Source of the DNA: Parcubacteria group bacterium
Lineage (GTDB): Bacteria; Patescibacteriota; Patescibacteriia; Magasanikbacterales; GCA-002688135
NCBI GenBank assembly: GCA_002688135.1
Contig: NZCD01000031.1
Location: 4,544 to 68,543, forward strand
Reading direction: 5' to 3'
DNA: 64,000 nt
Within the stretch, counting starts at the first letter, position 1. Each line of letters begins with the position of its first letter. Under the pieces are notes generated by a model, which did no database searches, was not told where the DNA came from, and saw only the letters and a program-made list of their open reading frames with translations. Below, in pieces: positions 21,074-31,704 of this stretch. The translations under genes and the position numbers were made by a program.

Positions 21074-22165
21074 ATGAACGTACTCCTTCTTAGTTTTGAT
21101 AAAAAAATCCTCAACAAGGAAACAGAGTCGTACGAACGTATGACTCGTTATGCCGAACACACATCAATGCTCGGTGTTATTGTTCTTTCACGATGCGAAG
21201 AAGAGGGGGTAGAGCACGGATCATTCATCGCAACTGGATTCACAGGAAACCCAATCACAAGATTATGGAAAGCATACAAAACTCTTAAGCGGTGGAATAA
21301 AAAGTACAACGCAAACATCATCAGCTCGCAAGAACCATTTGAAAGTGGTTTCATTGCATGGCTTGTTACTCGAAAAAGCAAGGCTGCACTAGAAGTACAA
21401 CTTCATGGTGATTTCTATGGAAATTCATTTTGGAAAAATCAATCATGGATAAATAAAATTCGAGCAAAGATTGGACTGTTCGTATTAAGACGAGCAGAAA
21501 GCGTACGAGTTGTCTCACAAAGAATTAAAAAAAGTTTGACAGAAAAAGGAATTTCAGAAAACAAAATAACCGTTACGCCAGTTGCCGCCCAAAGTACATC
21601 AGAAATGACGGAGCATGAGTCGCATGATGATTTCACTGTTCTTGTGGTGTCACGCCTAACAAAAGAAAAAAATGTAACATTACTCACAAGAGCAATGCCT
21701 TACATCTGCGGAAGTATTCCAGGGGCGCAATGCTTGGTGATTGGTGACGGACCACAAAAAAATGAAATTCTCGCCAGTGCAAAAAGTATTGGTATTGCGG
21801 AGTCGATTCATCTACACGGATACAAACGAGACCTTTCTCATTACTATGCTCATGCGGATGTTGTTGTCATACCATCGCACACTGAAGGATGGGGGCGTGT
21901 TGCAATAGAGGCAATGTCACACAAAAAACCAATCGTTATGACAGATGTAGGAGTAGCAGGAGAAATAATCAAACACAATCACAACGGACTTGTCATTCCA
22001 GAAAATGATGCAGGGGCGCTAGCAGAAGCAGTGATAAGATTACGAGAAAATAAAGAACTAGCAAAACAACTTGCAACACAAGCACGACGAGATTTCGAAT
22101 CACTCGCACAGGAAAAGGACACACAGGAAATTATGATTGAAACATGGAAAAAAATGCTCGTATGA
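21074..22165 (+). CDS. Glycosyltransferase family 4
   Basis: EGWGRVAIEAMSHKKPIVMTDVGVAGEII motif; size and architecture typical of GT4. Confidence 0.8.
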   Translation: MNVLLLSFDKKILNKETESYERMTRYAEHTSMLGVIVLSRCEEEGVEHGSFIATGFTGNPITRLWKAYKTLKRWNKKYNANIISSQEPFESGFIAWLVTRKSKAALEVQLHGDFYGNSFWKNQSWINKIRAKIGLFVLRRAESVRVVSQRIKKSLTEKGISENKITVTPVAAQSTSEMTEHESHDDFTVLVVSRLTKEKNVTLLTRAMPYICGSIPGAQCLVIGDGPQKNEILASAKSIGIAESIHLHGYKRDLSHYYAHADVVVIPSHTEGWGRVAIEAMSHKKPIVMTDVGVAGEIIKHNHNGLVIPENDAGALAEAVIRLRENKELAKQLATQARRDFESLAQEKDTQEIMIETWKKMLV

Positions 22166-23292
22166 ATATACTCATCATAAACGGAACAAGATCTCATGTC
22201 GTTAAAACAGCGGCTCTACTTCGGTACAACACAGAATTAAAACATGTATATGCAGGAACTGACGATGGAATCGAGAGATTATGCGCAGAGCTTGAAATTG
22301 CGAAACCTCTCTCACTAGTACATATCGATCAAACACAGCCTGACAATGCATTTCCAGAAACCCTCAAAGTATGTGAAGAAGTAATACAAAAAATACAGCC
22401 GGACATGGTATGTGTGATGGGTGAGAGTCTCACAACATACGCCGCAAGCATAGCAGCACACATAATAAAAAAACCACTTATAAAATTAAGTGCGGGAAAT
22501 CGATATCATAAATCATGGATTCGAGAAGAAGCATATGCAATTCTTTCTGACCATATGGCATCAGTATTATGCGCAGATGATGAGTATGCAATGGATAATT
22601 TAGAAAAAGAATCGATAGATCCAAAGAAATGCTATTTGACAGGAGGTTTGCACATTGACTCATTGTTGCGATACGAAAAAATCGCTCCGCACAGCAAGAT
22701 ACTAAAGAAAATAGACCTACCATCTCGGGGCTATGCACTGCTTTCTTTTCATCGACCAGCAAATACTCTGCATTTCAAGAAAGCGCAAGAGCTGTTCGGT
22801 GCAGCATGTGAAATTCATGATATACTGCCAGTAGTCAGCGCGTTGCATCCACACACCCAAAATATTTCAAAAGCTTTCGATTTAAAATGGAAATCGAAAT
22901 ACGCACCACAAGCACTAAAACGCATTCCGTATATAGATCACTTGCATCTCTTACAAAATGCATCTGTAGTCTTAACTGATTCATCATCAGTACAAGATGA
23001 AGCGTCGGCATTGGGAGTACCCTGCCTCACGCTTGCAGATGAAACAAATAGAATGCAATCTATACACGAAGGAACGAATGTATGCGTCGGAACATTCCGC
23101 GAAGATATTGTTCAGCAAACCAGAAAAGCCCTTCGTGGGAATTGGAAGCGCAGATCAATAAATCTGCCACTTCATGATGGGCTATCTGCACAGCGAACAC
23201 TAAGAGCAATCAAACTTGAAGAAGGTGTGCCGAAGTCACGCATCGACATTTTTGTCCCTGAAATGAGAAATCATATGAAAGGGGAGGTATAG
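22144..23292 (+). CDS. Divergent UDP-N-acetylglucosamine 2-epimerase (WecB/Epimerase_2 family)-like protein
   Basis: ILIINGTRSHVVKTAAL resembles the N-terminal xxFGTRPExIKxAPL motif. PDMVCVMGESLTTYAASIAA parallels PDxVLVHGDTTTT. VVLTDSSSVQDEASALGVPCLTL parallels LTDSGGIQEE. The HEAGLR motif is degenerate (KLSAGNR). Confidence 0.55.
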   Translation: MEKNARMNILIINGTRSHVVKTAALLRYNTELKHVYAGTDDGIERLCAELEIAKPLSLVHIDQTQPDNAFPETLKVCEEVIQKIQPDMVCVMGESLTTYAASIAAHIIKKPLIKLSAGNRYHKSWIREEAYAILSDHMASVLCADDEYAMDNLEKESIDPKKCYLTGGLHIDSLLRYEKIAPHSKILKKIDLPSRGYALLSFHRPANTLHFKKAQELFGAACEIHDILPVVSALHPHTQNISKAFDLKWKSKYAPQALKRIPYIDHLHLLQNASVVLTDSSSVQDEASALGVPCLTLADETNRMQSIHEGTNVCVGTFREDIVQQTRKALRGNWKRRSINLPLHDGLSAQRTLRAIKLEEGVPKSRIDIFVPEMRNHMKGEV

Positions 23293-23293
23293 T

Positions 23294-25141
23294 ATGTGCG
23301 CAATCAATGGATTCACATGGCGCGATCTTGATACGATCACAGCCATGAACAACATCACGAAACACAGGGGGCCGGATGATTCCGGTGTCTTTTGTGATGA
23401 CGGAATTTCGTTGGGGCATAACAGACTCTCAATTATCGATCTCTCTCAAAAAGCACATCAACCCATGAAAACAGAAGATGGCAGATTTACAATTTCGTAT
23501 AATGGAGAACTTTATAACTTCAAAGAACTTAAAAAACAGTTGAGCGAAAAAGGTGTTCAGTTTAATTCAGACTCAGACACAGAAGTTATTCTCAAATTAT
23601 ACAAAGAAAAAGGCATTGAGATGCTACAAGACTTAATCGGAATATTCGCAATTTCAATTTGGGATAATCACAAAAAAGAATTATTTCTCGCTCGCGACCA
23701 CTTCGGCATCAAACCACTCTACTATCACTACGATGGCGCGCGACTCATCTTCTCATCAGAAGCAAAAGCACTCTTTGAACACACCATTTCAAAAGATGTA
23801 GATCCAATTTCACTGAACAATTATTTGAGATTCCTATATTGCGTTGGTCCGCGCACAATGTGGCAACACATCAAAAAAATGCCAGCCGGATCATACGGAA
23901 TCTACAAAGATGGAAATTTTCAAATTAAAAAATACTTCTCGCTCAAAACAAAAGACATTCCAGAAAAGAAACATGAAATCGAAGAACTCATTCGAGGGCA
24001 CGTCAGAGAGGCTGTAAAATCACAACTCATATCAGATCGACCTGTTGGAATATTTCTCTCCGGAGGATTAGATTCCTCTATCGTCGCAGCAATAATGGCA
24101 CAAGAAGCATCTGGAACAATAAACTCATTTTCAGTCGGTTTCGACACAAAAGTAAATCCAGAAAAATTCAATGCAGATTTTAAAATAGCTGCCCAAACAG
24201 CAAAACATTTTGGCTTTAATCATCACGAAGTGACTATCACAAATCAAGACATGGTAGATCATCTGGAAGATTGCATCTATTCAATGGATGAGCCTGTTTC
24301 AAATCCTATTCAAGTTGCAACATACATACTCGCAAAAAAAGCAAAACAGGATGTTGCAGTAGTTTTGGGTGGAGATGGCGGAGATGAATTATTTGGTGGA
24401 TATGATAGATATTATTACTACAGAATGCTTGATCGAATACAGAAAATCGCGCCATTTGTAAAAAATAAAAAGAATGCAAATTTGATTGCAAAGCTATTCA
24501 AAAAACCAGCTCTCGCACGAAAACTCCAATCCGAGCCAGGGCTGGGTCGTTTCTTCACAATGATGGCACAAAAAGAAGATCTATTAAGAAAATTCGTAAA
24601 ACCAGGATACAACAACGGTATACTATCAATAGGATCATACAAGCAATTTTTTGACAATAATCTTGAAGATCCAATTAACAAAATGATGTGGGCAGACGCT
24701 CAAACATGGCTCACAGATGAATCCCTCATCAGATCAGACAAGCTCACGATGGCGCATGGTTTAGAGCAGCGTGTACCACTTCTTGATCCGCGTCTGGTAG
24801 AATTGGCATATTCAATTCCATCACATCACAAACTCCACTCAAAATCAGAAGGCAAAAAAATATACAAAGACGCATTCGCACCAATGCTTCCAGAATTTGT
24901 ATTAGAACAAAAGAAACGAGGATTCTTCTCGCCAACTGCAAAATGGCTTCGCGAAGAACCTCTAAAATCATACATCTACAAAATCCTCTCGCCAACATAC
25001 TGCCCACAAACCGCAGACTGGTTCGATTGGGACGCAATCAAAAAAATCACAGACGACCACATAAATTTCAAAGGATACGCACTCAACACAATTTGGTCGA
25101 TTGTCACCCTACAAATCTGGGCTAAGAAATTTCTGAATTAA
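23294..25141 (+). CDS. Asparagine synthase (glutamine-hydrolysing) family amidotransferase (AsnB/WbpS-like)
   Basis: N-terminal MCAINGF puts the Cys2 nucleophile of class-II glutamine amidotransferases in place. SGGLDSS is the PP-loop ATP pyrophosphatase motif. Typical ~615 aa size. A GGAGG RBS is present. Confidence 0.85.
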   Translation: MCAINGFTWRDLDTITAMNNITKHRGPDDSGVFCDDGISLGHNRLSIIDLSQKAHQPMKTEDGRFTISYNGELYNFKELKKQLSEKGVQFNSDSDTEVILKLYKEKGIEMLQDLIGIFAISIWDNHKKELFLARDHFGIKPLYYHYDGARLIFSSEAKALFEHTISKDVDPISLNNYLRFLYCVGPRTMWQHIKKMPAGSYGIYKDGNFQIKKYFSLKTKDIPEKKHEIEELIRGHVREAVKSQLISDRPVGIFLSGGLDSSIVAAIMAQEASGTINSFSVGFDTKVNPEKFNADFKIAAQTAKHFGFNHHEVTITNQDMVDHLEDCIYSMDEPVSNPIQVATYILAKKAKQDVAVVLGGDGGDELFGGYDRYYYYRMLDRIQKIAPFVKNKKNANLIAKLFKKPALARKLQSEPGLGRFFTMMAQKEDLLRKFVKPGYNNGILSIGSYKQFFDNNLEDPINKMMWADAQTWLTDESLIRSDKLTMAHGLEQRVPLLDPRLVELAYSIPSHHKLHSKSEGKKIYKDAFAPMLPEFVLEQKKRGFFSPTAKWLREEPLKSYIYKILSPTYCPQTADWFDWDAIKKITDDHINFKGYALNTIWSIVTLQIWAKKFLN

Positions 25142-25142
25142 T

Positions 25143-26609
25143 ATGGATACACAATGCTACGACATAATGAATCAACAGGAGGAGAAGCATTGGTGGTTTC
25201 GCGCCAAGGCAGATATTGTAATTCGATTATTAGAAAAAAATATCGGTCCACTTATAGGTAAAAAGATTTTGGATGTTGGATGCGGCACGGGGTACATGTT
25301 ACAAAGACTCACTGATAAAGGCGCAGTAGTCTATGGAATAGACCCCAGCTGCAGCGCAGTTGGATATGCAAAGAAAAAATCTAACTCAACAGTGGTATTG
25401 GGAGAAGGAGAATCAATTCCATTTCCATCAAACTCATTTGATGTGGTGTGCGCATTAGATGTATTGGAACACCGCGAAAATGACAAAAAAGCTATAGAAG
25501 AAATCAAGCGAGTTTTGAAACCAAATGGATATGCACTCATAACAGTTCCTGCGTTACAATCACTTTGGACAAAGCAAGACGAGCGACTACATCACCATCG
25601 TAGATACGCAAAAGATGAGTTGCGAGATATTATTCAACCGCTCGGAGAAATTCACAAAATAAGTTATTACAATTCATTTTTATTTCCTCCAATCGCCACA
25701 GTAAAAATTGCAAAAAGATTCATCCCATCACTCGATACAAAAGATGAAGTGGACATGACACCAAAAGGATGGATCAATAATGCGTTATATAAAATATTCT
25801 CATCAGAAAAGCACCTCATCACTCGCATGTCGCTCCCAATCGGAGTTTCATTGCTTTCGCTAAGTCAATATTGCCCAAATCAAGAAAATCAGCTACCATG
25901 GCAACTTATGAAAGTTTCAATAATCATTCCGTGTTACAACGAAAAAAAGACAATTCGCGAGATTGTCTCTCGTGTAAAAGCATCTCCAATTTCAGAAGAA
26001 AAGGAGATTATTATTGTTGACGATTTCTCAACAGATGGAACGCGAGACATTTTGGCAGAAATAGAAAATGAGGGAGTCACTGTCGCATACCAAAAAGAAA
26101 ACCAAGGAAAAGGTGCGGCACTTCGCGCGGGATTTGCAAAAGCAACGGGAGATGTATGTATCATTCAAGATGCAGATTTAGAATATAATCCTGATGAATA
26201 CAATCGACTGCTTGATCCTATTCGTGATGGCAACGCAGATGTAGTTTATGGATCAAGATTTGTTGGTTCTGATGCTCATCGTGTTTTATACTATTGGCAT
26301 TCAATAGGAAATAAATTTCTAACATGGATGTCCAACATGTTCACAAATGTGAACCTAACTGATATGGAAACATGCTACAAAGTATTCAAAACACCAATCA
26401 TAAAAGAAATCCTACCACACTTAAAATCCGACAGATTTGGATTTGAACCAGAAGTCACTGCGCGTCTTGCTCGTCGACGAGTCCGCATGTACGAAGTTGG
26501 AATTTCATATCAAGGGCGAACATACGAAGAAGGAAAAAAGATCGGATGGTGGGATGGAGTAAAAGCGATTTTTTCAATTTTCTACTTCAACGTCATAGAT
26601 AGAAAGTGA
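25143..26609 (+). CDS. Bifunctional class-I SAM methyltransferase (N) - GT2 glycosyltransferase (C) fusion
   Basis: N-terminal [11 protein letters not shown] (motif I) and [12 protein letters not shown] (post-II). The C-terminal half carries [25 protein letters not shown] and QDADLEY (DxD), the motifs of DPM1/GtrB-like GT2 enzymes. Confidence 0.75.
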   Translation: MDTQCYDIMNQQEEKHWWFRAKADIVIRLLEKNIGPLIGKKILDVGCGTGYMLQRLTDKGAVVYGIDPSCSAVGYAKKKSNSTVVLGEGESIPFPSNSFDVVCALDVLEHRENDKKAIEEIKRVLKPNGYALITVPALQSLWTKQDERLHHHRRYAKDELRDIIQPLGEIHKISYYNSFLFPPIATVKIAKRFIPSLDTKDEVDMTPKGWINNALYKIFSSEKHLITRMSLPIGVSLLSLSQYCPNQENQLPWQLMKVSIIIPCYNEKKTIREIVSRVKASPISEEKEIIIVDDFSTDGTRDILAEIENEGVTVAYQKENQGKGAALRAGFAKATGDVCIIQDADLEYNPDEYNRLLDPIRDGNADVVYGSRFVGSDAHRVLYYWHSIGNKFLTWMSNMFTNVNLTDMETCYKVFKTPIIKEILPHLKSDRFGFEPEVTARLARRRVRMYEVGISYQGRTYEEGKKIGWWDGVKAIFSIFYFNVIDRK

Positions 26610-26642
26610 CACGCAGTGTCATCCCGGCGCAGGCCGGGATCC
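26606..26642. repeat. Family-C element, half copy (GTGTCATCCCGGC-gcag-GCCGGGATCC)
   Basis: Hairpin TCCCGGC/GCCGGGA with a tetraloop plus a GGATCC site, starting at the stop codon of the upstream gene. Confidence 0.65.
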
Positions 26643-26648
26643 AGTATT

Positions 26649-28841
26649 ATGAATAATAAGATTCCGTGTTCAGTCACGATTCTCACACTAAACAATGAAG
26701 ATACGATTAGACAGTGCCTCGACTCTGTCTCTTTTTGTGATGACATTATCGTACTGGATGGAAACTCTACAGATAAAACAGTTGAGATCGCAAAGGAGTT
26801 TGGAGCACGTATATACCCCCAAGTTGAAGGGCCACATGCAAATATAGCGATTCAGAACTTCACACAGATGCGCGTGAAATCATTTAACCTCGCAAAAAAC
26901 GACTGGGTATTTTATGTTGATTCAGATGAGTATATTGATGAAGACTTGAAAGAAGAAATTCAAAAACTCGTACAAGACAATGACAAAAATATAGTAGGAC
27001 GATTCCGTCGCATTGCAATCGTGGAAGGAAAGAAAATCGACAAAGCATATTTCTATCCAGAATTTGCAGATCGTCTCATAAACAGAAAAGCCGGAATTCA
27101 TTGGAAGCCAGGATCGCGCGTACATGAATCTTTAGTCTTTCCAGAAGGAGCTGAAAAGAAAGAATTAAAAGGAGAACTGTTTTCATATTGGCCAGATTTA
27201 GAAAAATGCAAAAAGAAGGACAAACATTATTTGAAATTGGCACGGGAAAAATTTATTGATGCCGCACACAAAACAAAATGGACAGATTTTTTGAGAGGAT
27301 TATGGAAGAATACACTCCGAGCAAAAAAAGTGTTCGCTCTTGCGCTGTGGCTTCCGCTACGATATCGAGACGAAAATGTCCTCCCATTTCGTTATCATAT
27401 GAGATTTTTTTGGTACAACCTGATCCATGCCTGGCATCCTGTAAAATTTAAAGCACTCATTGTAGCATCATGGAAACGACTTCCCAAAATGCTCAAAACA
27501 ATCATGATGGCTGCACTAGTAATTAGAGTAGTATTATTTGCAGTCCTTCTCATCACACAAGGACAATCAAGTTTTGTATATGGACCAAACGGTGATGCAG
27601 TAGAATTCGTCACAATCGCAGAAAACATAAAAAATCACGGAGAATTTTCATTATCAGAAAGTGAGCCATTTTTAGCCAATGACTTCAGAACACCCGGAAT
27701 GCCAGCATTCCTATTGCTCACCGGCGGCGCGCATGGAGCATACTGGCCAGGAGTAGTCGTTCAGATCCTCGCATCATTGGCGCTAATTTTAATGATCTAC
27801 TTTTTCACAAAAAGATACTTCAATGAAAACATCGCATTCATCGCAGCCGGCCTCGCAGCACTCGAACCAAACATGTGGTACTGGCCAACACAGTTAATCG
27901 GAGAATCACTTTTTACAGTTTTCCTATTTGGTGCAATATATTGCTTCGTAGATTATTTAGAATCCAAAAGAATGGGTGTATTGATCGGATACGCAATCCT
28001 ATTAGCAATCGCAACATACTTAAGACAAATATCATATCCACTAATTTTCCTTCTGCCGCTCGTCGGATTATTGAGCATTAACAAACAACGATTCACAAAA
28101 ATGGCAATCGCCGTCATGATGCCGCTCGTTCTTCTCGCACCATGGTTCTACAGAAACCATGTCGTGCTCGGAGATTTCACATACGGTTCATCATTCGCAG
28201 TTCGTGGAAGCGTAGGAAAATACGTGGAAAGCTACACACAAAAGAAATTCCAAAAGCCACCAATAGAAGTATATGAAGAATTGCAAAATGTTTCAGGAGA
28301 AGATGCAGCAGGCGCTATGATGGGAGTAGCACTCAAATCACTAGCAAAAGATCCGCTTGCATATATTGGAATCGGAGCAACAACTCTCGTACCATTTTTC
28401 GCATCAGATGGTTGGTTCACTATCGCAAAATCTGTAGAGCCAACATTTGAAATCGGAGCATTCGACAAAACATGGCTGGGAGAACCGGGAGCCTTCGAAA
28501 CATTCGTTTCAAATTATGTTCAATCTGGCGGAATCGTATTTCTCATCGCAAAAGCACTATATGCATTATTGACGCTCGCAATCTTATTCGGTTTACTCAT
28601 AGCATTGAAAGATAAGCAAAGCAGAAAGTTAGTGCTGTTACTTTTTCTTGTAATATTATATTTCGCTGCAGCATCGGGACTCGGCAGCTATGCAAGATTC
28701 CGCTATCCTATTCAGCCAATACTATTCATTTTCGCTGCAATTTTTCTAGCTCGATACAGCAGGCTGTCATCCCAAGCCAATAGGCTGTCATCCCGAGCCA
28801 ATAGTCTGTCATCCCGAGCGAAGTCGAGGGATCCCTCTTAA
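26649..28841 (+). CDS. GT2 glycosyltransferase domain fused to a C-terminal polytopic membrane domain (GT-C/ArnT-like?)
   Basis: N-terminal MNNKIPCSVTILTLNNEDTI...YVDSDE is GT2 with a DxD motif. About 12 TM helices follow. The track start (26616) lies inside element C1, so the ATG at 26649 was chosen. The last ~25 aa (LSSQANRLSSRANSLSSRAKSRDPS) are encoded by tandem family-C repeat units. Confidence 0.6.
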   Translation: MNNKIPCSVTILTLNNEDTIRQCLDSVSFCDDIIVLDGNSTDKTVEIAKEFGARIYPQVEGPHANIAIQNFTQMRVKSFNLAKNDWVFYVDSDEYIDEDLKEEIQKLVQDNDKNIVGRFRRIAIVEGKKIDKAYFYPEFADRLINRKAGIHWKPGSRVHESLVFPEGAEKKELKGELFSYWPDLEKCKKKDKHYLKLAREKFIDAAHKTKWTDFLRGLWKNTLRAKKVFALALWLPLRYRDENVLPFRYHMRFFWYNLIHAWHPVKFKALIVASWKRLPKMLKTIMMAALVIRVVLFAVLLITQGQSSFVYGPNGDAVEFVTIAENIKNHGEFSLSESEPFLANDFRTPGMPAFLLLTGGAHGAYWPGVVVQILASLALILMIYFFTKRYFNENIAFIAAGLAALEPNMWYWPTQLIGESLFTVFLFGAIYCFVDYLESKRMGVLIGYAILLAIATYLRQISYPLIFLLPLVGLLSINKQRFTKMAIAVMMPLVLLAPWFYRNHVVLGDFTYGSSFAVRGSVGKYVESYTQKKFQKPPIEVYEELQNVSGEDAAGAMMGVALKSLAKDPLAYIGIGATTLVPFFASDGWFTIAKSVEPTFEIGAFDKTWLGEPGAFETFVSNYVQSGGIVFLIAKALYALLTLAILFGLLIALKDKQSRKLVLLLFLVILYFAAASGLGSYARFRYPIQPILFIFAAIFLARYSRLSSQANRLSSRANSLSSRAKSRDPS
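28762..28837. repeat. Family-C element, tandem variant (3x GGCTGTCATCCCRAGCCAATA units ending ..CGAAGTCGAGGGATCCCTC)
   Basis: Three direct repeats of a ~21-nt unit carrying the TGTCATCCC core; they form the 3' end of the upstream CDS. Confidence 0.6.
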
Positions 28842-28845
28842 CAAT

Positions 28846-29535
28846 ATGAAAAACATAAGTTTCATCATCCCCGCATACAACGAAGAAAAATCAATTCGAA
28901 CTGCGATTGAGGAGGTTTTGAAATACGCTGATGAAAATTTAGACACATGCGAAGTAATCGTAGTTGATGATGGGAGCGCAGATGGAACCGCGACATACGC
29001 GTCAGCTTATCCAGATCAGCGAGTAAAACTAATCAAACACAAAACAAATAAAGGAAAAGGCGCGGCAGTAAAAACAGGAGTTGATGCAGCGACGGGGGAA
29101 TGGATTATTTTTCTTGATGCTGATCTTTCAACTCATCCGAGAGATGTCGAAACTCTCAAACCATTCGCACACACACACGACATCATGATCGGCTCACGTG
29201 CACTCCCAGAATCAAACCTCACCAAACGACAACCAAAACGAAGAGAATTACAAGGGCGATTATTCAACAAAGTAATTAAAAAATTCCTAGGACTTCCTTT
29301 TGAGGACACGCAATGCGGATTCAAAGCATTTCACAAAAAAACAAAACACATCTTTTCTGCTCTCCAAACAGACGGCTGGATCTTCGATGTAGAACTCTTA
29401 AAATTCGCACAAAAAAATGGATACTCCATAAAAGAAGTGCCCATCACCTGGCAGGATGATCCGGATTCTCGGGTGAGATCATCTCATGCCATCCAAATCC
29501 TCCGCGACCTCTACAACGCAAAACGCAGAATATAA
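28846..29535 (+). CDS. GT2 polyprenyl-phosphate glycosyltransferase (DPM1/GtrB/ArnC-like)
   Basis: ISFIIPAYNEEKSI, VVDDGSADGT and LDADLS (DxD) motifs; 229 aa. Confidence 0.8.
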   Translation: MKNISFIIPAYNEEKSIRTAIEEVLKYADENLDTCEVIVVDDGSADGTATYASAYPDQRVKLIKHKTNKGKGAAVKTGVDAATGEWIIFLDADLSTHPRDVETLKPFAHTHDIMIGSRALPESNLTKRQPKRRELQGRLFNKVIKKFLGLPFEDTQCGFKAFHKKTKHIFSALQTDGWIFDVELLKFAQKNGYSIKEVPITWQDDPDSRVRSSHAIQILRDLYNAKRRI

Positions 29536-29557
29536 AAAAACCGCGTACGCGGTTTTT
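29535..29557. terminator. Bidirectional terminator AAAAAACCGCGTACGCGGTTTTT between convergent genes
   Basis: 6-bp GC stem with an A-run and a T-run on either side, immediately after the stop at 29535. Confidence 0.75.
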
Positions 29558-29562
29558 GTGAA

Positions 29563-30123
29563 TTACTCGTTTCTTTCCCCAGCATGCTCTAAAATTTCTT
29601 CTGGATCGCTGGGCGACACCTCAAGATTTTCAATCCTGAAACTCCAGTTATTATAAATACTCTCCATCATGCGATGATTAAACTCAGACTTTTGACCGAT
29701 TGAAGTAATTCGTTCTTTCGATTCGTATGCTTGGGCTACAACATACTCACGAAAAGATTTGTATTCCCTTTTGTGACCCCTATAGTCAAGTCGTAGATCA
29801 CCTACGATCTCTGTGAGTGCATTGAAACTAGTTATAAGCCTGTCCTGCAGTTCTGACAGTCCATTGATATTGTTCGCTGAAACTGAATTGCTCTCTGACA
29901 TCGCTAGCTGCCCAATCGAGATTACTGAAATTCGATTCTGATGTGAATACAGAATATACGCCTGAACTGCGCAAATTATAAACAGCATCAGAGTTGCGAA
30001 TTTTAGAAATCGAATATCAGACAGAATTATTTCATGCGACTTACTCTCTTGTTCATCCTGCCATTCTGGCGGCATTTCGTCTGTCATCTGGAGCCTCCTA
30101 TTGCCGTACAATGACCTAGACAC
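29563..30123 (-). CDS. Hypothetical single-pass membrane protein (downstream of MBOAT in the same operon)
   Basis: One TM helix (FATLMLFIICAVQAYILY). No recognisable motifs. Confidence 0.35.
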   Translation of the reverse strand: MSRSLYGNRRLQMTDEMPPEWQDEQESKSHEIILSDIRFLKFATLMLFIICAVQAYILYSHQNRISVISIGQLAMSESNSVSANNINGLSELQDRLITSFNALTEIVGDLRLDYRGHKREYKSFREYVVAQAYESKERITSIGQKSEFNHRMMESIYNNWSFRIENLEVSPSDPEEILEHAGERNE

Positions 30124-30154
30124 AGGCTAGCAGAATTTGGGATGTATGTCAAGA

Positions 30155-31552
30155 TTAAAACTGATAATAGAGGAAGACTTGTTGTGTGTAGTTCATTAAA
30201 ATTAAACTAACGACAAACAAGAAAGCGAGCAGTATTGCGACGCTTTTTTTGGTTGAGTATTTTATTTCGAATGAGTTTGGCGCGAAGAGTGCAATGAGGG
30301 CACCAACAAAAAGCATGCCAAATAATATAATTTGAGATTCGAGATTCCATGCAGCAGGCATGGTCCAATTATCAAATGAGAACATCGCACGAAGCATGTT
30401 CGTAGAATCACCAAACGTGATGTTGCGGAAAAATACCCAGGAAATCATTACCAAGAAAAGTGTGAGAAATCGGCGGAACCAATAATTAAGTTTGTCATGC
30501 CATGGCTTAATAATCTTCGTCACGCCCAAAAGCGTTCCATGAATTCCACCCCACACAACAAAATTCCACGAAGCGCCATGCCACAAACCACCCAACAACA
30601 TCGTCAGCATCATATTTATAAATGTCCGAACTGTTCCTTTTCGAGAGCCTCCCAAAGGAATATATAAATAATCTTTCAACCACGCAGAAAGCGACATATG
30701 CCAACGCCGCCAAAAATCCTGAATATCAACAGCCTTATATGGCGAATGGAAGTTCTGTGGGAATTTCAAACCGAACAATAAACCAAGTCCAAGTGCCATA
30801 TCCGAATATCCAGAGAAATCAAAATACAATTGAAGTGTGTAACCGATAATCGCTACCCAAGCAGTGAGTGCATATAAATCACCAGTATTAGCAAACAATG
30901 GATTGATGAAATGCGCGATCGTATCAGCGATAATAACCTTCTTCGCCAAACCAACAAGAAACATCGAACCTCCACGATGAAACGATTGTGTGCGACCATG
31001 CTGATCAATATTCTCCAAATCACTATCAATATCAGAAAATCGGACAATCGGCCCGGCGACAAGTTGTGGAAATAGCGAAACATAACATGCAAACTCCATG
31101 AAATTTTTCGTAGGCTTCAATTTCCCACGATACACATCAATCGTGTAACTCATGGTTTGGAAGGTAAAGAACGAAATTCCAACCGGCAAAATGATATCGA
31201 GATTCGGCAAAGTAGGGGAGAGTTGGAATAGCGTAAAGAGTGATTGTAGCGAATCGATCGAGAAATTGAAGTATTTAAAGAATCCCAACATCCCCAAATT
31301 CGCAGCGAGAGAAATCAACAGCACCATCTTCTTTTTCTTCCCCTCATGTTTTGGAATCTGTCGAGCAACGTAAAAATCGATAATCGTAGAAACGAGTAAA
31401 AGTGCAGTAAATCGCCAATCCCAATATCCATAAAAAATATAAGACGCCAAGGTCAACCAAATGTATCGAGGTTGCTTTCCACGCAACATCCAAAAACCAA
31501 GCCATGCGATTGGGAAAAATACAAACAGGAAAATGTAGGAATTGAAAATCAT
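30155..31552 (-). CDS. MBOAT-family membrane-bound O-acyltransferase (AlgI/DltB/PatA-like)
   Basis: WRRWHMSLSAWLKDYLYIPLGG and GLWHGASWNFVVWGGIHG carry the conserved MBOAT His and the surrounding motif. The track ORF runs to 31657 through element C3 (MLISMDPGLRRDD), so the start was placed at the ATG at 31552 (MIFNSYIFLFVFFP...). Confidence 0.8.
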   Translation of the reverse strand: MIFNSYIFLFVFFPIAWLGFWMLRGKQPRYIWLTLASYIFYGYWDWRFTALLLVSTIIDFYVARQIPKHEGKKKKMVLLISLAANLGMLGFFKYFNFSIDSLQSLFTLFQLSPTLPNLDIILPVGISFFTFQTMSYTIDVYRGKLKPTKNFMEFACYVSLFPQLVAGPIVRFSDIDSDLENIDQHGRTQSFHRGGSMFLVGLAKKVIIADTIAHFINPLFANTGDLYALTAWVAIIGYTLQLYFDFSGYSDMALGLGLLFGLKFPQNFHSPYKAVDIQDFWRRWHMSLSAWLKDYLYIPLGGSRKGTVRTFINMMLTMLLGGLWHGASWNFVVWGGIHGTLLGVTKIIKPWHDKLNYWFRRFLTLFLVMISWVFFRNITFGDSTNMLRAMFSFDNWTMPAAWNLESQIILFGMLFVGALIALFAPNSFEIKYSTKKSVAILLAFLFVVSLILMNYTQQVFLYYQF

Positions 31553-31617
31553 AATCGAGAAGCAGGAATTAAGAATTAAGAATACGCTTCGCTTGGCTGT
31601 TACACAGCTTGTAGAAT

Positions 31618-31686
31618 TGTCATCCCGGCGAAGGCCGGGATCCATGCTGATTAGCAAGATGGATCCCGGCCTTCGCCGGGATGACA
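31618..31686. repeat. Family-C element, full palindrome (TGTCATCCCGGCGAAGGCCGGGATCC - 17 nt - GGATCCCGGCCTTCGCCGGGATGACA)
   Basis: Perfect 26-bp inverted arms, each itself a hairpin with a GAAG loop. Creates spurious ORFs on both strands. Confidence 0.8.
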
Positions 31687-31704
31687 GTCTAGGGGCTGCG
31701 ATGG

